Notes: generated from the letters alone by a model not told the origin. 63,156 bases of DNA, filler included, from Welwitschia mirabilis (GCA_051453625.1; 3 parts of one record of this genome joined end to end with filler, not necessarily neighbours in it); one strand, 5' to 3'. Positions 12,825-26,049 are shown, numbered from the whole stretch's first letter. Numbers and translations are program-made.

Positions 12825-14723
12825 ATTTAGATGATGGATGGATAAAATTAGAAGAACTTGTAAAGGTTAGTAAAACATGGTCAACACATAAAGAAAATCA
12901 AACAATGGGACAACTCATCAAGGACTTAAAAAGTGGTAGAAGACAACCCTACAAATTCTATGAGAGATTTTACAACAACCTTGGAAAAGTATACAAAAAT
13001 AATTTTAGATGCTAAAAATGCAACTGAAAGAAATGTTATGCAAACCTATGATTTATATAAGGACAACTATCATGTTACCAAAAATTGTCCTCTTGTGCCA
13101 ACTTATAAAGAAAGGATTTGTAAAGAAGTTTTTCCTTTAATTAATCATCTCAAAACTTTCGAAACCAAAATCAAGTACAATCTAGGTTGAACACATATTT
13201 TCAAAATAATCATCAAACTTTTAGAAACTGATTCGAAAATGCATACTACCCACCAAGTCCATCAATCTTTNNNNNNNNNNNNNNNNNNNNNNNNNNNNNN
13301 NNNNNNNNNNNNNNNNNNNNNNNNNNNNNNNNNNNNNNNNNNNNNNNCATTTTTTAACAAACAATATTAGCAAACCAAAGACCTTAAGGAGCTTTACCTA
13401 CACAACATTTACCTAACCCAAATGAATTTAGAAGAGATTGCAAGGTTGTGACAATAAGTGGATAAGAAACAAACCCTCCTCCATGTGAACCTTCCACCTC
13501 CCAAAACAATGAAGAAGAAGAGGAAGAGGACATTTATATTTTAGATGATTACAACTTCCCTTCTCTTGGCAATAAGAAAAAGAAAAATCCTTTTACTCCT
13601 TGTCTTGATAGGCTTAACAACAATTCAAATTTTACTGATCATTCAAAAGCATTAATGAAAAACATAAGCATAAACTTACCATTTTGGAAATTTTTAAAAA
13701 AAATCTAAGGTACTTAAAACTATGGAGAGATTTAATCAGAAGAAAATAAAAAAGAGTTATTCCTAGTAAAGTCTTTCTTACCCAATCCCTCATGAATTTA
13801 GTGTTACAAAAATCACCCAAATTTAAAGACTAGGAGCAGCAACAATAAATGTTATGATAGAGGAAAATAAAAATATAAGGAAAGCTTTGATTGACATTGG
13901 AGTGAGTGTTAACATTATGCTACTTTACATTTGTAAGAGGTTTGGTNNNNNNNNNNNNNNNNNNNNNNNNNNNNNNNNNNNNNNNNNNNNNNNNNNNNNN
14001 NNNNNNNNNNNNNNNNNNNNNNNNNNNNNNNNNNNNNNNNNNNNNNAAAGACTAGAAGCAGCAACAATAAATGTTACGATAGAGGAAAATAAAAATATAA
14101 GGAAAGCTTTGATTGACATTGGAGTGAGTGTTAACATTATGCCACTTTACATTTGTAAGAGGCTTGGTTTAGAGGATAAAATAGAGCCTACATCGGTTGT
14201 CCTAGAATTAGCAGATACTTCAGTTAGGAAACTGTTAGGCATCATCAAAAATTTAACAATACAAAGTGAAAAGGCTNNNNNNNNNNNNNNNNNNNNNNNN
14301 NNNNNNNNNNNNNNNNNNNNNNNNNNNNNNNNNNTTCTAGGTAGAGCCTTTTGTGCAATAGCCCACTGCATTATTGATACAAGAGTAGAAACTATGAAAT
14401 GTCATTTTGGAAATAGAACTTTTACAATTAGAGTCTTTGATGCAACTGAGAAAGATTTGGGTAATTATGATATGAATATTAAAGATAATATCAAACCTAC
14501 TTTATTTTTACAACATCATCCACTTAAAGAAAGAGAGATGAAATTAAATGAGCCTATGCTTTGTGATGATCAACTTAAGAATGAAGAAGAAAAGAAACTT
14601 TTTGAGTGTAAGGAAGTTCAACCTTTTAAGAAAAATCATGAGGGATATTGTCCATTTCATAAGTCAAAAATTAAAAATAATAATTGGAATTTAAAAAAGA
14701 AAAAATGTTTTCCAAAAACTTAA
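12825..14723 (+). pseudogene. Athila-like gag-aspartic protease remnant
   Basis: KALIDIGVSVNIMPLYICKRLGL...LELADTSVRK...LGRAFCAIAHCIID matches the Athila protease pattern ALxDLGASINLMP...LQLAD...LGRPFLAT. Upstream gag motifs include WIKLEELVKVSKTW and HVTKNCP. Confidence 0.85.
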
Positions 14724-16734
14724 AGGTAAAACTCTAGCATTTAATGAAAATCTTTCACCGGAGTTACCTTTTCTCTCCATTGACTTCTAAAATCTATACT
14801 TTAATATGGCCTCATAAAGTGCTCTTCATTACTCCTCTCTCCATCTAATTGATTTTACATAAAAATAATTGGTGAATTTCTAGTTTGGAGCATACTTCTC
14901 TGAAAAATTTGGGACCAAAACAGATCCTTAGTTTTTCCTTCTTTCTTTTTCAATAAAAGTGTGCTTTAAATTTAGGATTTGAATAAAAGTTTGCTTACCT
15001 TGAAATTTTCTTTTCAGTTTTCTGTTTTGAGAGTCTCTATTTTTATTTTTCTGTTTTCTATTTTTATTTCTCTCTATTTTCTATTTCTGCAAAAATAATT
15101 AGCCGCCTTTTATGTTGTCCCCATGATAAGATGGACGATAGTTGCTTTTGATAGTTTTTTAGCTTTTTTGTTAATTTTTAATGTTCTATTTTTTTTCTTG
15201 CCTTGGTCGTCCTCTCTGTTGTCTGAACAACGAGTNNNNNNNNNNNNNNNNNNNNNNNNNNNNNNNNNNNNNNNNNNNNNNNNNNNNNNNNNNNNNNNNN
15301 NNNNNNNNNNNNNNNNNNNNNNNNNNNNNNNNNNNNNNNNNNNNNNNNNNNNNNNNNNNNNNNNNNNNNNNNNNNNNNNNNNNNNNNNNNNNNNNNNNNN
15401 NNNNNNNNNNNNNNNNNNNNNNNNNNNNNNNNNNNNNNNNNNNNNNNNNNNNNNNNNNNNNNNNNNNNNNNNNNNNNNNNNNNNNNNNNNNNNNNNNNNN
15501 NNNNNNNNNNNNNNNNNNNNNNNNNNNNNNNNNNNNNNNNNNNNNNNNNNNNNNNNNNNNNNNNNNNNNNNNNNNNNNNNNNNNNNNNNNNNNNTTTCTA
15601 TTTTTGCAAAAATAATTAGTCATCTTCTATGTTGTCCCCATAATAAGATGGACGATAGTTGCTTTTGATAGTTTTTTAGCTTTTCTGTTAATTTTTTATG
15701 TTCTGTTTTTTTTTTCTTCCTTGGTCGTCCTTTCTGTTTTCTGAACAACGAGTAGGATGACAGTTAATAAAATGTTGATTTTTGCTTTGTGTTATTTTAA
15801 GAAAATGCATTTTTATGGCTCTGTTGGGATTTCTGACTTGACTGCTTGAGAATTACAGGAAGTAAATGGGCGAAAAAAATTTTGAATTCATGAGAAAACC
15901 ATCTGAATTTTTTCTTAGCTTTTTCCTTTGAAATATTATTATGGCATTACTTAATCATATTCCAAACTTGAGTTATGTATTTATTGCCATGACTAGTCTT
16001 TTGACTTGGGCATTTCAGTGATAAGATTGGATTCATCCAATCTTAGAACATTTACAAGTTCATAAACTTTAATTGAAGAAAGATGCTTTATGTTTTATGT
16101 TTTTTTTAATGGTGAAAGGGTCTTAGATTATTTCAGAGTGTTCTTTTCTGTCTTAATCTTTGACTTTTACCTTTTTCTTTTGAAATGTTTAATCATGTGG
16201 AATGTTGTTTTTATTTGTTTAAAAAAAAAAGTGGAATAAAGCCCATGATGTTTTATATTTATATCTAAAAAACATGGTCATGATGATGTCCTACTGTAAG
16301 TACACNNNNNNNNNNNNNNNNNNNNNNNNNNNNNNNNNNNNNNNNNNNNNNNNNNNNNNNNNNNNNNNNNNNNNNNNNNNNNNNNNNNNNNNNNNNNNNN
16401 NNNNNGTCTTAATCTTTGACTTTTACCTTTGTATTTTGAAATGTTTAATCATGTGGAATGTTGTTTTTATTTGTTTAAAAAAAAAAAGTGGAATAAAGAC
16501 CATGATGTTTTATATTTATATCTCAAAAACATGGTCACCATGATGTCCTACTGTAAGTACACTAGGCAAATATTTCCGAGAGGAGCCTTTGACAGTGTAA
16601 TATGGTAGCTATGGGAGCTTCACTGGGAGGTCAGTTGGTCATGCTTTATAGGTCTTTACTTCTCTGATAGTGGTTGCACTCCCCTCATCATGGATAATAA
16701 AATTATATTTAAAACTTTGAGGCTATGGCATTAG

Positions 16735-16834
16735 NNNNNNNNNNNNNNNNNNNNNNNNNNNNNNNNNNNNNNNNNNNNTTAATTAATTAANNNNNNNNNN
16801 NNNNNNNNNNNNNNNNNNNNNNNNNNNNNNNNNN
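16735..16834. other. Assembly linker: 44 N + TTAATTAATTAA + 44 N
   Basis: A six-frame stop spacer centred in a 100-bp gap; an identical construct is at 33025-33124. Confidence 0.9.
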
Positions 16835-17832
16835 ATCATTTATTGTTTTAAGCACTTGATCTTTGTTGTCGTTACAATCACTGCCTTTTTAAGTGAAACT
16901 TTATGGAGTCAATATATCTTGGTATGCATTTTTACTCAAGTGGCTTTATGATATCTTCCAAAGGGGTTTGCTAAGTTAGAATTTAGGAAAGGTAAGCTAT
17001 CTTCTTCATGTTCCTTATGTTTATTTTCATTCTGTTTTTCTTTGGTCCTTTAGTTTATTATTTCAAAGTCATTTTCGTAATTTCTCATCCTCACCTAGAA
17101 CCCTATCATTCAATAGTTTTCTTATTATTATTCATGTCATTTCTTTCAAATAATAGTTGATTTTCTTTTATCATATTTAATTCTTCATTATTTTTATGAG
17201 TTTCCTTTAAGTCTATTGGAGTTCTACATATTTTTAGGAATATGTATCAATTTGGGTACATTTGCTAGTCTTCTTTATTAGGTTTTAACCTACTTAGTAT
17301 GTTTTCATCATCCTATTTTTTATTTATTTTGGGTTTTTCTCATCATCATGATTTGTCATGACTCTTCATCATTCCCTCTTTTTTAAAGATTTCTGATACA
17401 TTTTGATACCTTCATGATGATATCTAAGCCTAATTTGCTTGGCTAACATTTTTATTTTAAATAATGTTTTCAAAGTTCTGTCGTCCACCTAGTTGTTCAG
17501 ACGACATTGGAGATGACACCAAGATTTTTTCTGATAGTCTTCTTAGGGCTGTTATCCGGACAACGCGATCAGATGACAGTGTGATAAAACCATGGCATCC
17601 ATTTTTTTCCTTATTTTTGTTCCATTCTTTGTCATTTCTGCCCATTTTCTTGATAAACAAAAGTGCCTCTAATCCCTATTGATGTGTTGGAGCTTGTTCC
17701 CACTAAATTTATCCACTAGATTTCCATATTTAAGTGAATTTTCAAAAATGAGGTATATTTTTTTCTTCCCTTTTTTTTCCAACTTTTTTTTCCATTTCTC
17801 AGCTTTTTAACACGTAGTTTCCATGTATGTTA

Positions 17833-19886
17833 TGAAGAGGTAATGGTATACCATTAAGGTCACAACTAATAAAATTCAAAGTATGTTTTGCAAATCATTT
17901 TGCAAATTCTTCATTTATCCTTAATGTNNNNNNNNNNNNNNNNNNNNNNNNNNNNNNNNNNNNNNNNNNNNNNNNNNNNNNNNNNNNNNNNNNNNNNNNN
18001 NNNNNNNNNNNNNNNNNNNNNNNNNNNATCATTTTGCAAAATTCTTCATTTATACTTAATGTTTATGATGCATATGATTGAAATATTTACAAAATCTTGG
18101 TAAGGGTAAAATGCTATTCTTATATTTAAATTCTAGAATAACTCAAGAATAATTTTTGGCAAGTTAATTTTTTTAAAGAAATTAGGGTTTCAGTACATTC
18201 ATAATGTCTCATAAGAAAGAAAGCAAAGTCTAAAAGTATAATTGACATAAACAAGAAATGTGGGAAAACCCTTACAAATAAGGAAAACCATGGTAGTACC
18301 TATCATTATCATCCTGGACTAGCTATTTTCCATGACATATTAAGAGGATGGAAATGTTGTGATGTGCATGTTAAGGAGCTTGATGAGTTTTTTAGAAATA
18401 GCTCCATGTAATAAGGATGGACACAATGCAAATCCAGGATCTTGATATCAAACTTGGTATCTAAACATGCGTGTCTTTTATTCCAAAAGGAGTGAAAAAA
18501 ACATAGTTCATGGAAATTGACATCGTGCTAAATTTTCTACTGCCTTTCCTGACTTGCTAAATGGTGTTTTTAACTGCATGTATTTAACGGTTACCGGCTG
18601 GTTCTCTGACAACGATAAACGCATATTTTCTTCTTTTCCAAAGCTAAGAATTTCCATCTCACAAGGACCTTCATGCATGCTCTAGAAATTCAGCTTCTAT
18701 GGGCCTCCTTTGGAAGTACTTTAATGCAAAGTATAAATAGAGCACGTTAACGAGGATCTGGTCCTGTCAGATATTCAGGTGTAGCAGGGAAAAAAAAGAA
18801 TTGCAGTACTAGGGTTTCCGACGCAAAAACATGTAGCGGTTTCGAAGAATTGTTGATGAGAAGAGTTCAGACTTCTGTGTTGTAAGGATCTTGTCTGAAA
18901 GTGATTCCAAACATGCACAGCACCTTTTCTTGTGCCAGATCTAGAGTCATTCAGCATCGAAGACAATAGATTTTTTAATTTGATTTTGGTTTTAAAGACT
19001 CAGGTGCAAGAGCAGGCGCAGGTACAGAAGCAGACCAATCTGAATTTGATTTTTTATTTGGCAATGCTTTCTCAAAAAATTCTGGAGTAAAAACAAAAGA
19101 GAAGAGCAAGAAGAAAAAGCACGTCTTCTCGTAGTTATAGATCATAATGACTGTATATCCAACGTCTGATCTGTAGACTTGCTGATCAAAAATCTGAAAT
19201 AGATTCTGATAAGACTCTATCACAGAAGAACAGGACATCAAGTAAAATCTCATTTCCTTTAAAGCCAGCATCCTTCAAAACGAAATGACAGGTCTATAAA
19301 ATCTTACCAAAGCCTTATCCTTACCAAATTAAACTTTAGATAATCTATTTAAGAAACATGTTCGCTCAGTAAACTATGTGGGATGAAAAGGAAGCTCCAC
19401 TTTATCTGTTTTGATCTGATTCTTGAAAAGAGCAGCTAATGCTCTGACCATGCCCAGTTCTAGTACCATTGCATAACATACAACAATATCTAGAAAGCAC
19501 AGATTTAACTCAAGATCTTGCTTTACATCTACATCAAATTCTGCTGCAGAACAAATTCATCTCAAGCATCTACAACAAATTCAGAAGCTACATAGATCCA
19601 TATTTTACCTTTTTGTTCAATCAATTTGTATAAACTTTAGTTAAGAAAGATTAGTGTCAGAAACAGAATTAAAAGTTTTGTTATATGTAGTCATTTAATT
19701 TCTACTATGATTTTTCCAAGTTTTCATTAGAAAGACAAAATAATTAGGCAGTGCTCATATGTATTTAAATTACATGCCAAATTGAAAATAAGAACAGTTT
19801 TGTTTTTAAGAAACTATTATCATACACTCTCATAAAATATGAGAATTTGAATTTTGATGAATATTTTTGGATTTCTTAAACTTTCA
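17833..19886. mobile_element. Solo LTR inserted into the Athila-like spacer
   Basis: TGAA...TTCA termini and a perfect 5-bp TSD TGTTA (17828-17832 and 19887-19891). The flanks join seamlessly in the sister copy at ~31490. Confidence 0.85.
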
Positions 19887-20354
19887 TGTTATTTAGTTTT
19901 TCAAGCTCTTCGATTAGAAACTTACAGATCTAATTTTCGCCACATATTTTGAAAGTTATGATGAATTATGTGTTTTATAAGATAGAATTAGGTTTTTAAC
20001 TTTAAAATTCATTTTCTCATAAACTATAAGTCAAAACTAGTGGTCCTTTAGGGTAAATTAATCAATACGACATGCTCTATATTTTTAGTGGATTAGATTT
20101 TCATTTGAGAACTTTTATTTTTCACCTTATGTGGCGCCCACCTAAAATAGAATTTTCAACTTTTCACGCATTTCAAGTTTTTCTTCACACAACTAGGTAA
20201 TACAGGATGTATTGACACTTTTAGAGATGGGGTAGGACATATTTTCACAATTTTTACACATTTTTAAACCAATTTCGAGGTTGTTTCGAGCATTCATGCG
20301 ATGTATTTTAGCTATATCCACCACATCTTGCATAACATATTTCATATTTATGAT

Positions 20355-22258
20355 TGAGTCCGCCACGTACTCATAGAACTAGACAGGCTAAGGTTAAGGC
20401 CAAAGCTGTTAAGTAGGAGGTGTGCCCACTAGAACCACTAGAGGTTAAGTGTGTAGAGTCGGTACATCCCCCATCTCAACATGTTAGATCTCTCACTATT
20501 CAGATGGCTATTATTCACGTTGAGAGATACTTCAAGGATTTTATGAGATGATTAGAGCCAGAGGTAGATCAAAAGCTCATAGACTTACAAATCTAGTGGA
20601 TCTTAGATGCATAGGGGATGTACTATGTATCTGAGACTAGGGAATTCTATAACATCATACACATAGAGTGATGCAACCAGTACTCCATCCAACCCAAAAT
20701 GCCAAGGCACTTTGGTGGTAGGGCACTTTTGCTTATATTTACCACTTCCATTCTTTTTCCAATTCATGGGGGATTATTCACCATTACCTTTCCATCTCCT
20801 CTGGCTTAACACAATTCACCATCACTTTGCCATCTCCTTTGGCTTAACACAATTCACCATCACTTTTGTCATCTCCTCTAGTTTAACATAATTCACCATC
20901 ACTTTTGCCATATCTTCTGGCTTAACACTTTGTCGCCTCTTATGAATTTCTTGTGGGCACTCTTGCATCAACTAGTCCACCTTAAAATTGAGCTCATCCT
21001 CGAGCTCCACATACCAGTGATCTTTTGGCTCTGATACTAATTAATGTAACCAGTACCCCATCCAACCTAAAATACCAAGGCACTTTGGTGGTAGGGCACG
21101 TTTGCTTATATTTACCACTTTAATTCTTCTCCCAATCCATGTGGGATTATTCACCATCACTTTGCCATCTCCTATGGCTTAACACAATTTACCATCACTT
21201 TGTCATCTCCTCTGGCTTAACACAATTCACCATCACTTTTTCCATCTCCTCTGGCTTAACTCAATTCACCATTACTTTTGCCATCTCCTCTGGCTTAACA
21301 CTTTGTCGCCTCCTATGACTTTCTTATGGGCACTCCTACATCATATAGCATCACCCTAATTCCTGTGGACATCTAGTAGATATGATTATAGACATGATTT
21401 GGGGCCATGAGATTTCTATCCTTCCAATCCACATTACAGCAGTGACAAATTTTGATAGTATTGGGAGTTTTCATATACATTCAGCTGGTGGAATGAAGGA
21501 GCACTATATGTATAATGCAGCATTAGATATAGTAGCAGATTTGATATTAGGTAAGTGAGGTGTTTTGATAACACAGTTGACTTCTACCTATCGAATTTTG
21601 CACAAAGGGCTAATTCACAACATCAGCTCATCTCTTCATGATAGTCATGTAATGATGATCCACTCACAGATAGTGGTATTTTTCAGGTAAGGTCAGCAAA
21701 TGAACTTACCCACATTTATATGGAGGGAGACTCTGGTTGATAGTAAAGGCATGATAGCTTTAGATTCTAGGATATTCATGCTTCCTCTTGGTCATGTTTA
21801 GATGCTTCAATATATCAGATCCTGTAGTCGAGTAGTGATTCATGCACATACAGACTTCAGCTCATTACTTACAGGACATGGGCATACAAGTACCAGGAGA
21901 GGCAGAGAGACCTCAAGTTCAGAGACCTGTGGTTGGTGCTTCACTCAAGCAGATTTAGGCCTTCTTAGCAGAGAGCACTAAGACCCTCAGAGGCATTATA
22001 GGCTGAGGCATCTTTACATTAGAGTAAAGGATTCAAACGGTTGAGAAAAGAGTACATCACACTAAGGAGTATCTAGTGGATGTGTAACAGCACGTCATAT
22101 GGATAGAGCACAGTGTGATAATGGATCTTCCAAAGACAGTGGAAGTATAGGAAGACAAGATGGCATAGACTATCATGACATCACTTGACCACCATTTCCC
22201 TATAGATCCTAAGCATCCTCCCTCTTCTACTCTTGCACCTGAGCCTGCCGCCCACTAG
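20355..22258 (+). pseudogene. Accessory 3' ('env-like') ORF of the Athila-like element, ~400 aa, interrupted by a TRIM
   Basis: The frame reads ...WILDA*GMYYVSETREFYNIIHIE|HHPNSCGHLVDMII...LTSTYRILHKGLIHNISSSLHDSHV...MNLPTFIWRE and the ORF ends in a Pro-rich tail. The frame is restored when the TRIM plus TSD is removed. Homologous to ORF 30483-30800. Confidence 0.75.
20669..21343 (-). mobile_element. TRIM (terminal-repeat retrotransposon in miniature), 675 bp
   Basis: 302-bp LTRs at 20669-20970 and 21042-21343. The 71-bp interior has a minus-strand Met-PBS (GCTCTGATACTA) and PPT-like TTTTAAGGTGGACTAGT. TSD TAGAG/TATAG (one mismatch). Confidence 0.9.
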
Positions 22259-22340
22259 CAATTCATCATGACTCGACAATGGGAGTGATTTCTCATTGTA
22301 TTTTTGTATCTTCCCCTCCATGTATTATTAAAAATTCTTA

Positions 22341-22357
<17 letters not shown>

Positions 22358-22371
<14 letters not shown>

Positions 22372-22574
22372 TACATCTTATTTTCAATATCAGCATGGTG
22401 TATATTTTTATTGATTTTATGCGTACTTTTACATACCATTTTTACACTTCATGATAAGGACTATTTGTACACACACATACATCTTATTTTCAATATCAGC
22501 ATGGTGTATATTTTTATTGATTTTATGCGTACCTTTACATACCATTTTTACACTTCATGATAAGGACTATTTGT
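22358..22574. repeat. ~106-110 bp near-perfect tandem duplication next to a (TA)n(CA)n microsatellite
   Basis: ACACACACATACATCTTATTTTC...GATAAGGACTATTTGTA occurs twice with about one mismatch. Confidence 0.85.
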
Positions 22575-23639
22575 ATTATTCATGATTATATTTTATCTAC
22601 TATACATTTCAATGGGAATCTATTAATTGTTAGAGTATTTAATGTCTATATTTCTGAAAAAGTTTTCATAGACTTCTATTTTTCAAGATCCATTTTTGAG
22701 CCTATCGTCCCCTACATCGTCTGGATGACAACCGGGACTATAGTACGGCCAATTGTACTACACAGGTCAAATGTTTAGTTATCTATTTTTGATTTTTTCA
22801 TCCTACATTCTGAGATTCCTGAAAATCTTTTTGGGTTTGTTTCATAGTTTCTTAGTTGATTTATTATTAGATAATTTGGCTTATAGTCGTGGTTGTTTGC
22901 CTGGTTTTATTAGGAACTAATAAGACTAAGTTGGGAGTAAAATCTATCAATTACATAATACAAAGAAGAAAATATTTATTTATAATATAGTACACCTATC
23001 ACGTTTACTAAGAATCTAAATGAGTAAATAAGATGTAAAATATATTATTTTGTTCTCTTGAAACGTCCAATTTAGTAGTTTTATCATGTGATTTTAATTC
23101 CTCACATAATGGGATTATCTAATTTTAAATGTTTAGATATATTTTTTCATAAAAACCTTTTAACATAATTTTTATTATTTTCATTGTAAATTATAAAGAT
23201 TACAAACTAAAGTTAATTTTAAAATGACATCTTATTTAATAAGAAACTTAAATAAAGATAATTATTCTTTTGACTAAAAGCTTAATATACTTATTATTCA
23301 AGTAATTAAGGTTTATAAAATATAGGATATGACATTACCATCCTTGAATAGGATGTGAACACTACCTATATTTCATATTAGACTTTAAAACTGACCAATT
23401 TAATAATTTTTATCATGTAATAATCAATTTAGGCCCCTTGTGTTAGAATCTATCTCCTTCACATTAAGAAATTTTAAATAAAGTACCTTTGTTTTTTTCT
23501 TTCTCATGCATGTAGGTTTTCACTGGTAAGCAGGGGTTTATTGGTTATCATACTTTGTCATTTAGATAGATCACTCGATTTTTGGGCTTGATTTCTTTTC
23601 GTTGCGACTATACCTCTCCATAGTAACATTTTATCTCTT

Positions 23640-25620
23640 TGCTTTAATTGCATTATAACTTAAATAGATTACTTGAAATTGTGGATGAGAGTAAGATTCC
23701 AAAATAAAATGTTTATTTTTCCATATTTCACCATCAAAGGTTAGGTGAATCTCATTATTATCATCATCATGAAATGTATGCAAGCTATGTCTAGTTTCAG
23801 TTTTACCAATTCTTATCATTAGGAACATCTTGGAAAGTAGGCTATAATAAAGTACTTCGATGTTGTCTCTAAGTAGTATCAGATTCTTTACTTAGAGAAC
23901 TCATTAAATTGATAACAAAATCATGATTGAGCATGATAGGAACACAACATTACTTAATGCCTATAGGTTGCAAAGTAGACATATTAATAGAAGGAATTGA
24001 AGCATTACTAGTGGACACATCTTATCCCTCAAACATAGGATATTGAGCATCCAAGATCATCACTGGGTTAAAGAAAGAGGAATACTTTAAAGGATTAAGT
24101 TGAGAATCATAGTTTAAAGCCTTTATAAACATGATGTTATAAAAAACAATGATCTTACAATGCTCAGAGAGATACACTCGATAATCCTATGGTCAGTTGG
24201 ATATTTCACAAAGATGTTAATGAGAGCATGTACTCCAAATTTATCACAATGTTCACTTAGAATATGGATGTAACATTTGCAACCAAAAACATGAAGATGG
24301 TTCTTTGGCTTTTATCTATACTACTTTTCACTTGGAAATACTCCCTTTATAGTAAATCGACCAATATGATTATTAAGATGTAATGTAATTTTTACTACTT
24401 TATCCTAAAGATAGGTCTTATAACCACCAAAATAATTTATAGAAAGCATCATATACATGATAGTATGATTAAATCACTTAATAATGCCATTTTTTTAGGG
24501 TTTTTTTTGATAGATATTCAATTGTGGAGATACTTTGGAAGCAAAAAAGTCCTTGAATTTGATGTATGTGTACTCATCAACATTATTTAAATGAAAATTT
24601 TTAATCTAATAATTCACTTTCTTTTTCACTTTAGTTTTAAACTTTTTGAACATATTCAAAGTCTATGATTTGGATTTGATGAAATAAACCTGAGATATTT
24701 GAAAATAGTCATCAATAAAAGATATAAAATAAAAAAAATCATGGAGAGTGGAAACTAACATAAGTTTACATAGATCATTGTGAATAAGCAAAAGATTTCA
24801 ATTAGCATGCCATTTACTTGGTGCAAATCACTGTCTACTTACTTTATTCATAATACATCCTTCGCACTGAAGAACATCCTATGTAATGGATAGAAGAAGC
24901 TGGTGGCCATTCTCACACATTGCATTTGTTATACAAGAAGAAGGATTTCTTAGTTAAGCATGTCACAGTAGGAATAGAGAAGTCACATCTTGTGAAATTG
25001 TGCAAGTGATCTCTCACATTCTAACACAGCCATGAAGATAATCTAGCTTTTCATCTATGTAGTATTTCATAATTAGTTGCTGATTTCCATTATAAATATC
25101 CGCTGAGTACTTCATCATAGCAATAGAGTTGAAAGCAATAGAATATGTGACCTTAAAGTAAAAACATACAAGACATGTAAAATAGTCTTTAGAGAGGGTT
25201 ATGCCAAGTTAAGCATAACTAAAAAATAGTCTTCCATAGCAGCTGGTGTCCTGTGTGCTAAATAAACATGACTTGGTACTTTGACAAAGTCATCAAAATA
25301 ATCATACTGATGAATCATGTGATGAGTTGCACTTATGTTAAGAAACAACATTTGGGCATGAGGTATGTACTTCCTCATAGCAACAAAGTCAAAATTCTTC
25401 AAAGAGTATTAAATTCCAAATTTTTAGCTTTATTAAGAAAATTAGATTCTTTAGTGACTACATTTACCTTAGGTGTAGATTTTATCTTATCCTAAGAAAT
25501 CCTTCAGAAGTCAGTTGTATGATCTTGTCTTCCACATCATAAGCACTAATGCTTGTTCTTCTTAGAAGTGGGAGTATTTTTAACTTCTTATTTTGCTAAG
25601 TTAGATTTGACTTCTTATTT
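23640..25620 (-). pseudogene. Highly decayed Ty1/copia pol (protease, integrase, RT/RH scraps)
   Basis: LFLNISATHHMI..FDDF..VYLA (copia WxLDSGATxHM protease) in ORF 25199-25402, and FISFIDDYFQISQVYFIKSKS..MFKKF (integrase) at ~24640-24735. Confidence 0.7.
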
Positions 25621-26049
25621 TGTTATTTTTTGTACAGCATTACCTTTAGCATGATTCATTTCTTTTTATAGACGGGATTATTGGCAGACTGTTATTTTGA
25701 TAAGGAGAACCATGAGAATGAGAAACTTTACATATAATATTAGAAGAAAAAGATCCTTGAAGTTAAATTGAGCTTTAGTAAAAATGAGATCCTTATTAAG
25801 TGTATCAAAAGTCATACTATTTGATTCCTTACTGTAATGTAGTGACATAATATAACTATGCAAAGTGGATTCTTCTAATCAACAGTGAATCAAGTTGACA
25901 TAATTCATGTAAACATATTTTTGTGAATTAATATCCCCTACCTTTACCTTAATTTCTTGCACTTATGAAATCCTTTATCTTATCTTTCCCTTCTCTTAAT
26001 ATAAACTATTCATGCAAGTTATGATGTTAGGGAGTTCTACATCATTTTT

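Larger units (their letters stand above)
9673..22940 (+). mobile_element. Non-autonomous Athila-like LTR retrotransposon (gag-PR, no RT/RH/INT, accessory 3' ORF; 3' LTR missing)
   Basis: LTR, PBS, gag-PR, long spacer, 3' ORF and PPT-like GACTAAGTTGGGAG at ~22925-22938. 16560-22940 is collinear with the reverse complement of ~29160-33020. Confidence 0.75.

Noticed and set aside
11999-13015. Long ORFs made mostly of X (also 15123, 32186, 47909)
   Set aside because: Artefacts of reading through N runs.
7235-16562. Near-identical duplications on both sides of many N gaps (7345, 10109, 10542, 11541, 13947, 15236, 16306; also 17928, 32244, 52325, 61857)
   Set aside because: They systematically flank gaps, so they are most likely unmerged contig overlaps or haplotype/paralogue variants rather than real tandem repeats. 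This includes the doubled protease N-terminus.
16779-16790. Palindromic TTAATTAATTAA islands inside gaps (also 33069-33080)
   Set aside because: Artificial six-frame stop linker.
18775-19271. ORFs suggesting a host gene in the less AT-rich segment
   Set aside because: They lie inside a TSD-bounded solo LTR and show no protein similarity or exon structure.
20776-21300. CRISPR-like appearance of the 38-bp repeats (also 4025-4355)
   Set aside because: The units are contiguous with no unique spacers, there are no cas genes, and the context is eukaryotic TE sequence.
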